A stretch of DNA of 64,000 nt from an uncultured Gammaproteobacteria bacterium (lineage in GTDB: Bacteria > Patescibacteriota > Patescibacteriia > VMEV01 > CAZAJQ01). The translations under genes and the position numbers were made by a program. The number at the start of each line of letters is the position of its first letter. The first letter of the stretch is position 1. The stretch spans positions 78,014 through 142,013 of the forward strand of contig CAZAJQ010000001.1 of assembly GCA_964485795.1 (NCBI GenBank), given 5' to 3'. This document shows positions 19,545 through 29,760 of this stretch, one piece after another. The notes below the pieces were generated by a model that was given only the letters and a program-made list of their open reading frames with translations, searched no databases and was not told the DNA's origin.

Positions 19545-20582
19545 CTAACGCGACAATTTGCCGCGCATTTTTACGTACTGCGGATATGAAACGTATTTTT
19601 TCTCTCGAATCTGCTCCTGCAACGTATGATTTCTCTTGAAATTTTCAATATTCTTCGTGACTTCAAAAATAAAACTGTCCGAGCCCGAGCCCGAGCCGTA
19701 GGAAGTCATGAGGATTGATTCCCCCGCTTTCGCATGATCCAAAACGTTCGCAAGGCCGAGCATGCTGCATGCCGAGTAGGTATTTCCTATCTCGGATACG
19801 ATCATCCCCGCACGCAGCTGCTTTTCGGAAACTCCGAGCGTTTTTGCGGCCATTTGGGGAAATTTACCGTTGGGCATATGAAAAATCACATGATCGAAAT
19901 CGGAAACGCTTTTACCGTTTTTTTTCAAAATCTTTTTGGTCGCGGATACGACATGCTCGAAGTATGCGGGTTCACCGGTGAATCTCCCTCCGTGAGCGGG
20001 GTACTCGGACTTTGGCGCTCGCCAAAAATCGGGCGTATCGGAAGCCATGGAAAACGTATCTTTCATCTCGCAGATGATTTCATCTTTTTTATTTCCAAAA
20101 AGAAACGCGGCCGCGCCGCTCGCCGCCGTATACTCGAGCATATCCCCCGGTGCTCCTTGAGCCGTGTCAGCGCCTACGGCAAAGCCATACGCTATCATAT
20201 TCGAGCGAACCATTGAGGCAACGATTTGCATGGCCGCGGTTCCGGCTTTGCACGCGAATTCCAAGTCTGCGGAAAAATAATCTCGCATGCCGAGAGCCTG
20301 TCCCACGAGCGTTCCGCTTGGCTTCACGGCGTACGGATGACTTTCGGAGCCGATGAACATCGCTCCGATATCTGCGGACGATATCGAAACGCTTTCCAAA
20401 GCGTATATGGCCGCGCTCAAAGCCAAAGTCACCGTATCTTCGTCCGCGGACGCTACGGCTTTTTCTCGTAAAAGAAGTCCTCTCTTGATGTTTTCAGGAT
20501 CTTTCCCGTGCGCTTGGGCTATTTCATCAGCGGTAATGCGAAACATGGGAATAAAAGATCCATAGGTGATGATACCGGACAT
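19545..20582 (-). CDS. hydroxymethylglutaryl-CoA synthase (short archaeal type)
   Basis: 345 aa; active-site Cys context DLEFACKAGT; HMGCS/FabH fold motifs. Confidence 0.9.
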   Translation of the reverse strand: MSGIITYGSFIPMFRITADEIAQAHGKDPENIKRGLLLREKAVASADEDTVTLALSAAIYALESVSISSADIGAMFIGSESHPYAVKPSGTLVGQALGMRDYFSADLEFACKAGTAAMQIVASMVRSNMIAYGFAVGADTAQGAPGDMLEYTAASGAAAFLFGNKKDEIICEMKDTFSMASDTPDFWRAPKSEYPAHGGRFTGEPAYFEHVVSATKKILKKNGKSVSDFDHVIFHMPNGKFPQMAAKTLGVSEKQLRAGMIVSEIGNTYSACSMLGLANVLDHAKAGESILMTSYGSGSGSDSFIFEVTKNIENFKRNHTLQEQIREKKYVSYPQYVKMRGKLSR

Positions 20583-20680
20583 GAACGTGAAAATTTATCT
20601 TTTGATAAACAGCCTGTCCCGCATATCGGTGAACGAAGGATGACAAGGATAATTCCGGACTTATGGCACTGATATCTTCG

Positions 20681-21829
20681 CTACGAACGTTCACGGTAAC
20701 TCTTATGCACACGAGCCAAATCCTGCGAGGCGAGGCATGCAAGCAGAGATATTTCGCCGGCCAAGACGGCGCCGGCGATGATTTCAACGAAGGCGTGATG
20801 AGCGCTGCCAGGGTTACCCTCGTCGATGGTGATTCCCATCATGGCCAGCGATTCACTTTGCTTGGGAAGTCCGGTGCCTCCGCCCACGACCCCGCATACC
20901 ACGCTCGGCAAAAAAACATTGACATAGACGCCGCCGTCCTTTTCCTTCTCGACGGATGTGATCCCGAGACTTCCTTCCACGACATGCGCCATATCCTGCC
21001 CCGTCGCCAAAAAAATCGCGGAAATGATGTTTGCATAATGCGCATTCATGGCCATCGAACCGGCGGCAAGCGATCCGGCAACGATCTTGCTCTGATACAC
21101 GTCAAAAAATTCATCGGCATCGGTCTTGAGCACGTTTTTCAAAACATCCGCCGTCAATACGACCTCGGCGTTCACGGAATATCCGCGGCCTTCAAGCATA
21201 TGGGTGAATGCCGCCTTTTTATCGCTGCAATAATTTCCCGACAATGAGCGACATCGCACTTTTGTTTCGGGTTCGATGATGTGAGAAATGAGATGGTCGC
21301 ACGCGATCACCGCCATATTCATCCCCATGGCATCTTTGGGATCAAAGGTGAATTTCACAAAAACATTTCTCCCGATCTGCTTGCAAAAAATGCCGACGAG
21401 CTCCAAAAATCGGCTCGTCTTGCGAATTTCAGCGCCGAATCTCTCTTTGTTTTTCATGATAAAATCCATGAAATCCTTTCCCTGCCGCTGATGCAGCACT
21501 CGAAAAACCGGAGCGCGCGTGATGCCGACATGATGCGCCCTCACAGTCGCTCCTCCGGACAAGGTGATCGCTTTGCACCCGCGATTGACACTGGCGACGA
21601 GGCACCCCTCGGTCGTGGACAGCGTCAATATCCTTTCGTCGTTGACGATGTCTCCGTTGATTTTCAGCGGCCCGGCGATGCCGAGCGGAACGCTCACCGC
21701 GCCGATCATATTTTCGCAGTTCTTTGTCGCGCATCCGAGATACTCGTCGCTTCCGGCAAGAATCTTCGCGGCACTCACGCGACCGTACGATAATATTTTT
21801 TCTAATTTTTCACGGCTCTTTTCCGACAT
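20681..21829 (-). CDS. HMG-CoA reductase, class I-like catalytic domain
   Basis: 382 aa; ENMIGAVSVPLGIAGPL and DAMGMNM motifs. Confidence 0.9.
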   Translation of the reverse strand: MSEKSREKLEKILSYGRVSAAKILAGSDEYLGCATKNCENMIGAVSVPLGIAGPLKINGDIVNDERILTLSTTEGCLVASVNRGCKAITLSGGATVRAHHVGITRAPVFRVLHQRQGKDFMDFIMKNKERFGAEIRKTSRFLELVGIFCKQIGRNVFVKFTFDPKDAMGMNMAVIACDHLISHIIEPETKVRCRSLSGNYCSDKKAAFTHMLEGRGYSVNAEVVLTADVLKNVLKTDADEFFDVYQSKIVAGSLAAGSMAMNAHYANIISAIFLATGQDMAHVVEGSLGITSVEKEKDGGVYVNVFLPSVVCGVVGGGTGLPKQSESLAMMGITIDEGNPGSAHHAFVEIIAGAVLAGEISLLACLASQDLARVHKSYRERS

Positions 21830-22839
21830 AGGTGATGGCTGTAAAGCTGTTGACTTCCGAGACTTTTGAGATCTTTTGATCCGGTGGCGAACATGGTGAT
21901 TTTGAGTTCCAAAATCAATCGTTCGATGGTTTTCATGACTTGTTCATGGGATATTACCGCGCTTTGCAAAAAAGGCAAGGCGCAAGACGCATACTTGGCT
22001 CCGAGCGCAATGCATTTGGCGATGTCAAGCCCGGTGCGCACTCCCCCTCCGGCTATCACGTCCACACCGCTCACCCTTGACGCCTCAAGCACGGCAATGG
22101 GAGTCGGGATTCCGAAATTTCGAAACGTCTCTCCGATATCGCGATAATCGCTCCGTCGCTTGCCTTCGATCCACGCCCATGAAGTTCCGCCGCTTCCGGA
22201 AACATCGATGATCGAGATGCCTATATCTTTTAAACGTTTCACCGTTGATCGTGAAATCCCGGCACCGACTTCTTTCGCCATGAAGGGAATATCGAGGTGA
22301 GCGACAACGCGCTCCATTTTTTCCAGCAAACCAAAATAATTTTTATCTCCTTCAAACTGAACGGCTTCTTGCAAAGGGTTCAGATGAAAACACAGAGCAT
22401 CGGCTTTGACAATATCAATGATTTTCTTTATATCTTCGAGTGTCACTCCATAGTTGAGCTGCACCGCTCCGAGATTGGCGAAAACGGGAATGGTGGGTGC
22501 GAATTTTCTCACGACCGCAAAGGTTTTCTTTGCGTCTTCTTTTTCCAGCATGATGCGCTGCGATCCCACGCCCATGGGCAATCTCAGCTTTTCAGCCGCT
22601 TGCGCCAAATTCGCGTTGATCGTCTCCCCGTGTTGTGTTCCTCCGGTCATGGATCCTATAATAAGGGGGGCGGAAATTTTTTTTCCCAAAAAAATCGTTT
22701 CCGCGGAGATTTCGTCAAAATTTATTTCCGGAAGCGCATTGTTTTCAAAAAAAAGATCATCAAAATATCGCTGCTTGGTATCAACTTCTTCCGAAAGACA
22801 AATATCAATATGATGTTTTTTCCTTTCCGATAACGACAT
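21802..22839 (-). CDS. fni: type 2 isopentenyl-diphosphate isomerase (FMN-dependent IDI-2)
   Basis: Begins MSLSERKKHHIDICLSEEV, with GSMTGG and GGVRTGLD TIM-barrel motifs. The ORF-track N-terminal 231 aa (to 23532) are a shadow of mvk on the other strand, so the start is set at 22839. The 3' end overlaps the HMGR start by 28 nt. Confidence 0.85.
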   Translation of the reverse strand: MSLSERKKHHIDICLSEEVDTKQRYFDDLFFENNALPEINFDEISAETIFLGKKISAPLIIGSMTGGTQHGETINANLAQAAEKLRLPMGVGSQRIMLEKEDAKKTFAVVRKFAPTIPVFANLGAVQLNYGVTLEDIKKIIDIVKADALCFHLNPLQEAVQFEGDKNYFGLLEKMERVVAHLDIPFMAKEVGAGISRSTVKRLKDIGISIIDVSGSGGTSWAWIEGKRRSDYRDIGETFRNFGIPTPIAVLEASRVSGVDVIAGGGVRTGLDIAKCIALGAKYASCALPFLQSAVISHEQVMKTIERLILELKITMFATGSKDLKSLGSQQLYSHHLCRKRAVKN

Positions 22840-23760
22840 ATGGCTCTTGCACTCGCCCCCACAAAACTCATTCTCATCGGTGAACATGCGGTTGTGTACG
22901 GATATCCGGGACTTTCTTTGCCTTTGCCGCTTCTCACCACCGCCGAAGTGCTCCATCATGGTGAGCCCGACATTCATCTGGAAGCGAATTTCAAACTTGC
23001 GGAAGAAGTGGTCGACTGGCTCCACAAGCTCCTCGACCCGCTTTTCGATATTTTTCCAAATAAAAACAATCTCCTCGTCCGTCTTCATGTGACGGCCGAG
23101 GCAGGTTCGGGGATGGGCGTATCCGCAAGCGTTGCCGTGGCTTTGATACGCGCATTCTTTGATTATTATAATAAAAAACTGGACCAAAAGACACTTTTTG
23201 ATCTGGCTCGGCAGATGGAAACCGTCTCCCACGGAAAACCAAGCGGAATCGATCATACCACGATCATTGAGAATGAACCACTTTTTTTCAAAAAAATCAA
23301 CGGAAAGCTTTCCATTCGAAAAATTCCAAAACTTTTCAATCCCATGATTTTCAAACATTGCGCCATACTCTTCAGCGGAAAACCTATCGAAAGCACGAAA
23401 ACGATGGTTGAGCTCGTGAAAACGCGTCATGAACGCGATGAAAACTTGGTCAATGAAACGTTTGAGAACATCGAAAATCTCACCTATGCGCTTTTTACCA
23501 GCCTCATGATTTCCGACGAAACGCTTTTTCACGAGACGCTCGCTTACGCCGGAGATCAGCTCACGGCATTGGGAGTCGTCTCACCGACCGCTTCCCGCTT
23601 GCGAAAAAAGCTTGAAACGCTTGGAGTCGCTTCCAAAATTTCCGGAGCCGGAGGAGCATGCGCCGGATCGGGTATCCTTCTCTGCCATCATGAAGATCAA
23701 AACATCATCACGGATTTCGCGAACCGAAACGATATCAAGTTTTGGACTCCATGGGCTTGA
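22840..23760 (+). CDS. mvk: mevalonate kinase (GHMP kinase)
   Basis: APTKLILIGEHAVVYG, SGMGVSAS and KISGAGGGA motifs. Its ATG directly abuts the IDI-2 start codon on the other strand (CAT|ATG). Confidence 0.9.
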   Translation: MALALAPTKLILIGEHAVVYGYPGLSLPLPLLTTAEVLHHGEPDIHLEANFKLAEEVVDWLHKLLDPLFDIFPNKNNLLVRLHVTAEAGSGMGVSASVAVALIRAFFDYYNKKLDQKTLFDLARQMETVSHGKPSGIDHTTIIENEPLFFKKINGKLSIRKIPKLFNPMIFKHCAILFSGKPIESTKTMVELVKTRHERDENLVNETFENIENLTYALFTSLMISDETLFHETLAYAGDQLTALGVVSPTASRLRKKLETLGVASKISGAGGACAGSGILLCHHEDQNIITDFANRNDIKFWTPWA

Positions 23761-24547
23761 TGAGACTTCCGATGCACGGTGCTCCTTTCAACGCCGAAAA
23801 AAATCGTTCCGGTTCATTGCCGTTGATGATGAGCGTTTGCACTCCAACGTCGGCGAGCGCGAGAGCGGTTTCAAGTTTGTGTCGCATGCCGCCGGTCACA
23901 TCCGCGACCGTCGGTTCATGAATAAAGCGAAAAATCTCTTTCTGATTTTCTCTCGTGATGACGGGAACGACCTCGCCGCGGTCATCCGTGATCCCGTCCC
24001 TATCCGAAAGCATCAGAATGGTTTTGACGGGATATTTTTTCGTCTCCGTCCATGATTGTGCCAAATATTCAAGCGTGATTTCATTTGAATTGATGCTCAC
24101 TCCGACGGTTTTATCCACGATGACATCCCCGTAGACGACGGGCAGAAAACCTTTTTCCAAAGCTCCGCAAAGAACATCATCAAACAATGCGACGATATTT
24201 TTTTTGTCGTTCACGGTAAACCCGGAAGGAGCGAAAGACATGGCCGGAATATTCGCGAGAAGCAGCTCTTTCATCACCAGCCGATTGAGTCGAGCGACCG
24301 CATCATGCACAAGACAAGCCCCGAGTCTCCCGTACGCGTCGTGAAAACCGTTCGCGGTTCCAAACTTTTTTGCGGCCGGATGACCGAAAGACCCGGCTCC
24401 ATGACCCAAAACAAGAGAAACGTCGGGATAAGCCTTCATAAACCGCGACAATACACCGGCCAAATTTCGAACGGATTCTTCTCGAAACACTTCGACGTCT
24501 GATTTGTCCGTGATGACGCTTCCTCCCAGTTTAATAAGAATCATCAT
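23735..24547 (-). CDS. isopentenyl phosphate kinase (amino-acid kinase family)
   Basis: LIKLGGSVITDK and GHGAGSFGH. 270 aa. The 3' end overlaps the mvk 3' end convergently by 26 nt. Confidence 0.85.
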   Translation of the reverse strand: MMILIKLGGSVITDKSDVEVFREESVRNLAGVLSRFMKAYPDVSLVLGHGAGSFGHPAAKKFGTANGFHDAYGRLGACLVHDAVARLNRLVMKELLLANIPAMSFAPSGFTVNDKKNIVALFDDVLCGALEKGFLPVVYGDVIVDKTVGVSINSNEITLEYLAQSWTETKKYPVKTILMLSDRDGITDDRGEVVPVITRENQKEIFRFIHEPTVADVTGGMRHKLETALALADVGVQTLIINGNEPERFFSALKGAPCIGSLIKPMESKT

Positions 24548-24555
24548 ACAAAATT

Positions 24556-25575
24556 TTATTCGTTGACGGCTTCCAAAACGATTTTCGCTCCTTCCGCCGG
24601 CTTATTTTCGATCAGGGTAATCACCCCCGGCACCGACGCAAGCTCATTCTTGACGTTCAAAACGCAATCGCCTTCGCAAATGACGTGAACATTGGATCCG
24701 GCGTCAATCGTCGCATAGGCGAGTATTCCTTTTTCACGAAGCTCCCTGACGCGATCGAGCACTCTCATGGTGGAATCGTTCCAATAAAATATCGGGGGCT
24801 TTTGCGTCATGGCGATGCAATGCATGCAGACGCTGTCTTCTTCGATCACGGTTCCCAAAGCGCGAATGTCTTTTTTTTCTATCGCCTCCCGGCATCTTCG
24901 TAATCGATCCGGTATCGCGGATATCCTCGAGGGAAAGTGCGGACTGGTCTCGGCGGCTCGGTGTCCGTCGCTTGAAGACACTTTCTTTTTATCCACGGCG
25001 ACCACGGCCACGATATCGGCCAGATCCCAATGCTCATGCGTCGCGATTTACACGGAATGACAAGTATCGCGGCAATAATCCATGCAAGATTCCACAAAAC
25101 CGCCGTGACTGGATCGCATGGCGGACACCGAGCCGCCGAGACGAATGAGCTCGGAAAGTCTTTTCCTGTCATTCACGTATTCATCCAGTCCGTACGCTTG
25201 ACACAAAGCGAGCGTCAAAGCCGCAAATCCCGAGGCCGATGATGCGATACCGACATCGGAGGGGAAATTGTTTTCCGAACGGATATTCGCGAATCTCAAA
25301 TCGTTTCCCAACGCTCGAATTCGACCGATATGCTCAAACATCAAACGCTGCTTGATATCGCCTTCGTTTTTGACCCGTTGAAATTCTTTCCCGAAAAATT
25401 TCACCCTCACGTCATCGTCAATAGATTTTTCCATGATTTCAACGCTCGTCACCGTGAAACAATTCGAAAGGGTCATGGAAATGGTATTGGTATAAGGCAA
25501 AAAAATGGTCTTGTCTTTTTGACCCCAATATTTGATAAACGCGATATTTGCCGGTGCCCATGCCGTCGCTTTCAT
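24556..25575 (-). pseudogene. diphospho-/phospho-mevalonate decarboxylase homologue (GHMP family) interrupted by one in-frame TAA at 25048-25050. Seen as two same-frame ORFs, 175 aa and 151 aa.
   Basis: N-terminal part APANIAFIKYWGQKD...SSASGFAAL...RLGGSVSAMRS. C-terminal part ...KKVSSSDGHR...PPIFYWNDSTMRV...YATIDAGSNVHVIC. Both ORFs share a frame (25575, 25050 and 25011 are all 0 mod 3). The 12 codons between them (IATHEHWDLADI) have no stop. Confidence 0.8.
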
Positions 25576-25584
25576 ATGTGCTTT

Positions 25585-26655
25585 CTAAACGTCTCGATGT
25601 ATCATAAAATCAGCCAAATCTTTGAAAAATCGAAACCCTTCTTCCGAAAAAAATTTTGGATTCAAGTGCTCGATCGCTTCTTTGTGAAGTTTTTTCGCCA
25701 ACCTTTTCGAATACTGCAGCGAACCGGTTTCTTCCACGATCTTTTTGACCTTTCGGGCATCGTCAGCCGTAATATCCGGATTTCCCAAAGTCTTTTCAAA
25801 AATTTTTCGTTGCGACGGCGAGCAATTTTGCAAAGCCTTGACGATGAGCAGGGTTCTTTTTCCCTGTCTGAGGTCGGAAAGCACGCTTTTTCCGATTTTT
25901 TTTTCGTCTCCGAACAGTCCCAAAATATCATCCTGCAATTGAAACGCCACACCCACCGGAATCGCGTATGCGGTGAGATTTTCCATCACTTTTCGCGGCG
26001 CGTTCGCAAGCATGGCTCCGATATGCAGAGGCGCTTCCACCGAATACTTTCCCGTCTTGTACGTATGCACTTTCATGACATGATTGCGTGTGGCATCTTC
26101 ACGCATTTCAAGAAAAATGTCCAGCATTTGACCGATATTCACTTCTTTGATCACGTCCAAAAGATGCAGCATAAGATGATTTTTCACGTCCGAAGAAAAT
26201 TTCGTCTTGAGCACCGCCTCTTTTGCCACTTCGGAAAGCAAAATGCCGGCGATGATGCCCATGGAATTTCCGAAATGTTCTCGATTTTTGGCCGCGTAAT
26301 TTTTCCGATTCATCTTGCTGTACCGATAATGTATCGTGGGACATCCGCGTCGTTTCGTGTCCCGATCCATGATATCGTCATGAATCAATAAAAAACTGTG
26401 GATCAGCTCCATAGCCATCGCGACTTGAAAAACGTCTTCATCGTGTCCCTTACCTCCGCAGGCGAAGTATCCGAAATACACCAAAGCCCCGCGCATCTTT
26501 TTTCCTTTTCCCACGCAAATATCCTTGATATGGCGAAAAAGCTCGGCTCCCAGTGGTGTAATGAGACGCGCTTCTTCCATCTTTTCATTCAAATACGTCT
26601 CAAGATCGGCATCCATCTTTTTTTTGAAATCTGCCAATTGATCGGGTATCTTCAT
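25585..26655 (-). CDS. polyprenyl diphosphate synthase (FPP/GGPP synthase family)
   Basis: LIHDDIMD and FQLQDDILG aspartate-rich motifs. 356 aa. Confidence 0.9.
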   Translation of the reverse strand: MKIPDQLADFKKKMDADLETYLNEKMEEARLITPLGAELFRHIKDICVGKGKKMRGALVYFGYFACGGKGHDEDVFQVAMAMELIHSFLLIHDDIMDRDTKRRGCPTIHYRYSKMNRKNYAAKNREHFGNSMGIIAGILLSEVAKEAVLKTKFSSDVKNHLMLHLLDVIKEVNIGQMLDIFLEMREDATRNHVMKVHTYKTGKYSVEAPLHIGAMLANAPRKVMENLTAYAIPVGVAFQLQDDILGLFGDEKKIGKSVLSDLRQGKRTLLIVKALQNCSPSQRKIFEKTLGNPDITADDARKVKKIVEETGSLQYSKRLAKKLHKEAIEHLNPKFFSEEGFRFFKDLADFMIHRDV

Positions 26656-26680
26656 AGACTACAAAACTCCATTGAAACAC

Positions 26681-26707
26681 AAAAAACCCTTTACCACGGG
26701 TAAAGGG
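26681..26707 (-). terminator. Rho-independent terminator for the surface-protein gene 26715..28148
   Basis: CCCTTTACC, a 3-nt loop, GGTAAAGGG. The minus-strand hairpin is followed by U6. Confidence 0.65.
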
Positions 26708-26714
26708 TGAAACA

Positions 26715-28148
26715 TTATTGTAAATATTTCAAGTCCTCTTCCAGAGAATCGTCATCCAGCTCGCTTTTCTTTTTTCCTTTTTTCGAGGGTGATTTTTTGA
26801 TATTCGCTTCTGTCTTGGCTTTCTCTTCGTCATTTTCTTCCTTTTGAGGAATCTTTTCTTTCACTTCCTGATCCGTATCTTCGGACGATTCAGTTTTTTG
26901 CATATCATCTTCTCTCCCCTTCTTTTTGAAAAAATCATAAGGGATGGTCCTTTTTTCTTTTGCCAAAAAAAGCAAATACAGGGACAAAAGGAACAGCCCG
27001 AAGAAAAAAAGGATAATCAGCCACAAAATCCAATTGTCGCCATCGAAGAAGCTGATGGATATCGGATACTTGGCTTCGATCTTATTGCCTTCCTTGTCAA
27101 AGCCGGAAAGCGTCACCGTATATTCGCCGTATTTGGGAAAACGATGATCGATTTCCTGGCCGTAAAACACGCCGGTCTTGTCTCCAAAGTCCCATTCATG
27201 TGTCAATTCCGGTATATCCAAAATGTCCTCCGCCAAAGAAACGAAACGATACTCTTTCCACGATTTTTTGCTCACCTTCATGGCGTCAACGGAAAAAAGC
27301 TGAAGCGTTTCCGATGTGAAGGTCTCGGAAATGCTGTTCGAATCTTGTGAACTTTCGGAAGGCGTCACCGAATTTTCTTCGACGATTTGCGCTTCGGAAA
27401 GTTTTGGCGCGGTCTCTTGAACGGGTTTTTGAGTTTCCGGCGGTGTTTTCGGAAGAGGTTTTTCCTCCGCGGGCTGCGAAACGGGTGTCGGTTCCGCCGG
27501 AAGCTCGCTTTCGGCATTCGGATCGCAAGCATCTCCCTTGCCGTCTCCGTCACTGTCCTTTTGATCAGGATTTTTCAGAAGCAAACAATTATCTTTACCG
27601 TCCATGACTCCATCTCCATCCGTATCGGGATTGTTTGGGTTTGAACCGAAATTTTTTTCTTGCGCGTCCGGAATGCCGTCATTGTCGTTATCGTCGTCTT
27701 CGCCGTCCGGAATGCCGTCTTTGTCGGTATCCGGAAGCGGAACGAAAACGCTTGATATGGCGACATTGTTGCTGGCATCTTCGTCCCTTGGATCGGCGTT
27801 GCGAATCTCGACGCGGATATTGAAACTTCCGCTGGGAGCCACCCAGTCCACATACACTTCATCCGCAAAACCGTTCGCCCGCACGGTCACCACTTGCGAC
27901 GCGCCGATGACGATATTGTCGCCTTGATAAAAAACCACCATGGCGGCCGTGTCTTTTTTCCCGAGATTGTGAATGCGCGCGTAAAGGCGGATTTTTTGTC
28001 CGGCGACGATTTTTGATTCCGAAAAAAATATGTCATTGGAATATATGGCGAGATCATACTCCAGCGCCTGCGCAAAACTCCCGGTCACGACAAAAAATGA
28101 TGAGAAAAGCATCATTCCCAGCGCCGCCATGAATCGTTTCGAAAACAT
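26715..28148 (-). CDS. membrane-anchored surface protein: CARDB-like domain, thrombospondin type 3 Ca-binding repeats, PKD-like domain, C-terminal TM and a charged cytoplasmic tail
   Basis: Signal peptide. [22 protein letters not shown] and [17 protein letters not shown]3 repeats. WDFGDKTG...YTVTL PKD motif. [25 protein letters not shown] followed by a K/E/D-rich tail. Confidence 0.75.
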   Translation of the reverse strand: MFSKRFMAALGMMLFSSFFVVTGSFAQALEYDLAIYSNDIFFSESKIVAGQKIRLYARIHNLGKKDTAAMVVFYQGDNIVIGASQVVTVRANGFADEVYVDWVAPSGSFNIRVEIRNADPRDEDASNNVAISSVFVPLPDTDKDGIPDGEDDDNDNDGIPDAQEKNFGSNPNNPDTDGDGVMDGKDNCLLLKNPDQKDSDGDGKGDACDPNAESELPAEPTPVSQPAEEKPLPKTPPETQKPVQETAPKLSEAQIVEENSVTPSESSQDSNSISETFTSETLQLFSVDAMKVSKKSWKEYRFVSLAEDILDIPELTHEWDFGDKTGVFYGQEIDHRFPKYGEYTVTLSGFDKEGNKIEAKYPISISFFDGDNWILWLIILFFFGLFLLSLYLLFLAKEKRTIPYDFFKKKGREDDMQKTESSEDTDQEVKEKIPQKEENDEEKAKTEANIKKSPSKKGKKKSELDDDSLEEDLKYLQ

Positions 28149-28233
28149 AGGTATTGTATTTTTATTTTGACATCATCAGTATAGCATGCGAAATTTTCTT
28201 CAAGAAACGGAAGTCGATGTAATATCGCAAAAT

Positions 28234-29673
28234 TCACTGACGTTGAGCTTCAAAAAAATTTCCGACGGCAAGCACGGTCGCTTCTCCCAGTCTCGGTCCG
28301 ATGATTTGCATGCCGATGGGAAGACCGCCCGAATCTTTGCCGCAAGGAAGCGACAGTGCGCAGACTCCGGCCACCGATGCGGGACTCAAAAAAATGTCGG
28401 CCAGATACATTTGCAAAGGATCCGCGGCTTTTTCTCCGATGGAAAAAGGAGCGAACGGAGATACCGGAGTGATCAAAACATCGACTTGTTTGAAAATGTC
28501 GTCCATTTCTTTTTTTATCAATGTGCGCACGGCCTGCGCTTTTTTGTAATACGCGTCATAATATCCGGCGGACAGAGCGTAGGTTCCGATCATGATTCGC
28601 CGCTTCACTTCGTCGGGAAATCCTATCGCCCGCGTTTTCGCATACGTTTCCAAAAGATCTTTCCCCTCTTTTTGCACGCCATACCGCATGCCGTCGAGCC
28701 GCGCCAAATTCGCGCTGTCTTCGCAAGGAACCACGACATAGTACACGGATATCGCATATTCGGTGAGAGGCAAAGACACGTCCACGATTTTCGCACCCGC
28801 TTTTTGAAAAACTCGGATCGACTCCGCAATAGCATCCGAAATTTCCTTATCGAGAGTTTTTGAAAAATATTCTTTTGGCACGCCGATCGTCAGCTCCGAC
28901 GCGGGAAAGTCGCTTGCGAGAAGCATTTCGGTATAACGAGGCACGATTTCGTCATAGGTCGTCGCGTCTTTCGCATCATAACCCGCGATGGTTTCCATGA
29001 TCGCCGCGAGATCCCATACGGATTTGGCCATCGGACCGGCGGTATCCAGAGACGAAGCCATCGGCATCAATCCATAGCGAGAAACGCGTCCGTAGCTGAC
29101 CTTGAGCCCCGCAATCCCGCAAAAAGCGGCGGGTTGCCGTATCGATCCTCCGGTATCTTCGGCGATGGCGTACATCGCCATATCGGCCGCCACGCTTGCG
29201 GCCGCTCCACCGCTGGATCCTCCGGCGACGCGGCGCACATCATACGGATTTTTCACCGGACCATAGTGCGAATTTTCATTGGAAGCGCCATGACCGAAAG
29301 CGTCGCAGTTGGTTTTTCCCAGAATCACGCCGCCTTTTTCCTGGATTTTGGCTATGACCGAAGCCGAGTACGGCGCTATATAATCGTCCAAAATCTTCGC
29401 CGCACCCGTCGAACGCATATTCTCGACGAGAATGGCATCCTTCACGCTGTACGGGATACCGGTCAAAACGCCCTGTGCGCCGGCGGCGATCAGCGCATCG
29501 GCTTTTTTCGCCTGACGAAGCGCCTCCTTTTCCGAAACCGTGATAAACGCGTTGAGTTCGTCGTTTTTTTCACGAATTCTCCGCAAACACGCCTCGGTCA
29601 ATTCAATCGAAGAAATCTCTTTTTTCGCCAAAAGTGCGGAAGCTTTGCGTAACGTGAGATCAAAAAGTTTCAT
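28234..29673 (-). CDS. gatA: Asp/Glu-tRNA amidotransferase subunit A
   Basis: Amidase signature [13 protein letters not shown]. 479 aa. Confidence 0.95.
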   Translation of the reverse strand: MKLFDLTLRKASALLAKKEISSIELTEACLRRIREKNDELNAFITVSEKEALRQAKKADALIAAGAQGVLTGIPYSVKDAILVENMRSTGAAKILDDYIAPYSASVIAKIQEKGGVILGKTNCDAFGHGASNENSHYGPVKNPYDVRRVAGGSSGGAAASVAADMAMYAIAEDTGGSIRQPAAFCGIAGLKVSYGRVSRYGLMPMASSLDTAGPMAKSVWDLAAIMETIAGYDAKDATTYDEIVPRYTEMLLASDFPASELTIGVPKEYFSKTLDKEISDAIAESIRVFQKAGAKIVDVSLPLTEYAISVYYVVVPCEDSANLARLDGMRYGVQKEGKDLLETYAKTRAIGFPDEVKRRIMIGTYALSAGYYDAYYKKAQAVRTLIKKEMDDIFKQVDVLITPVSPFAPFSIGEKAADPLQMYLADIFLSPASVAGVCALSLPCGKDSGGLPIGMQIIGPRLGEATVLAVGNFFEAQRQ

Positions 29674-29760
29674 AATTCATTCTTTCAAAAGGATGCTGTT
29701 GTTGATTTTTTAAACGTCTTCTCATGTTCAATGAAGTCTCTTGAAACATTTCGGCAAATC

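Noticed and set aside
22840-23532. N-terminal 231 codons of the 576-aa minus-strand ORF 21802..23532
   Set aside because: This stretch is antisense to the well-supported mevalonate kinase gene and has no IDI-2 similarity. Conserved IDI-2 sequence begins at the internal Met (MSLSERKKHHIDICL) at 22839.
24556-25575. Alternative genetic code (stop-codon reassignment) as the explanation for the in-frame TAA
   Set aside because: All other conserved genes in the window read through normally with code 11 and end at TAA, TAG or TGA. No conserved gene has an in-frame TGA. A single TAA does not support a code change.
25330-26391. 353-aa plus-strand ORF
   Set aside because: Antisense to the polyprenyl synthase gene (DDxxD motifs on the minus strand). 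His/Arg/Phe-rich junk composition.
28150-28233. TTGACA-like hexamer on the plus strand in the gatA/surface-protein spacer
   Set aside because: It is oriented antisense to gatA with no gene to drive. Only a weak minus-strand TGcTATACT extended -10 for the surface-protein gene seems plausible, and it was not confident enough to list.
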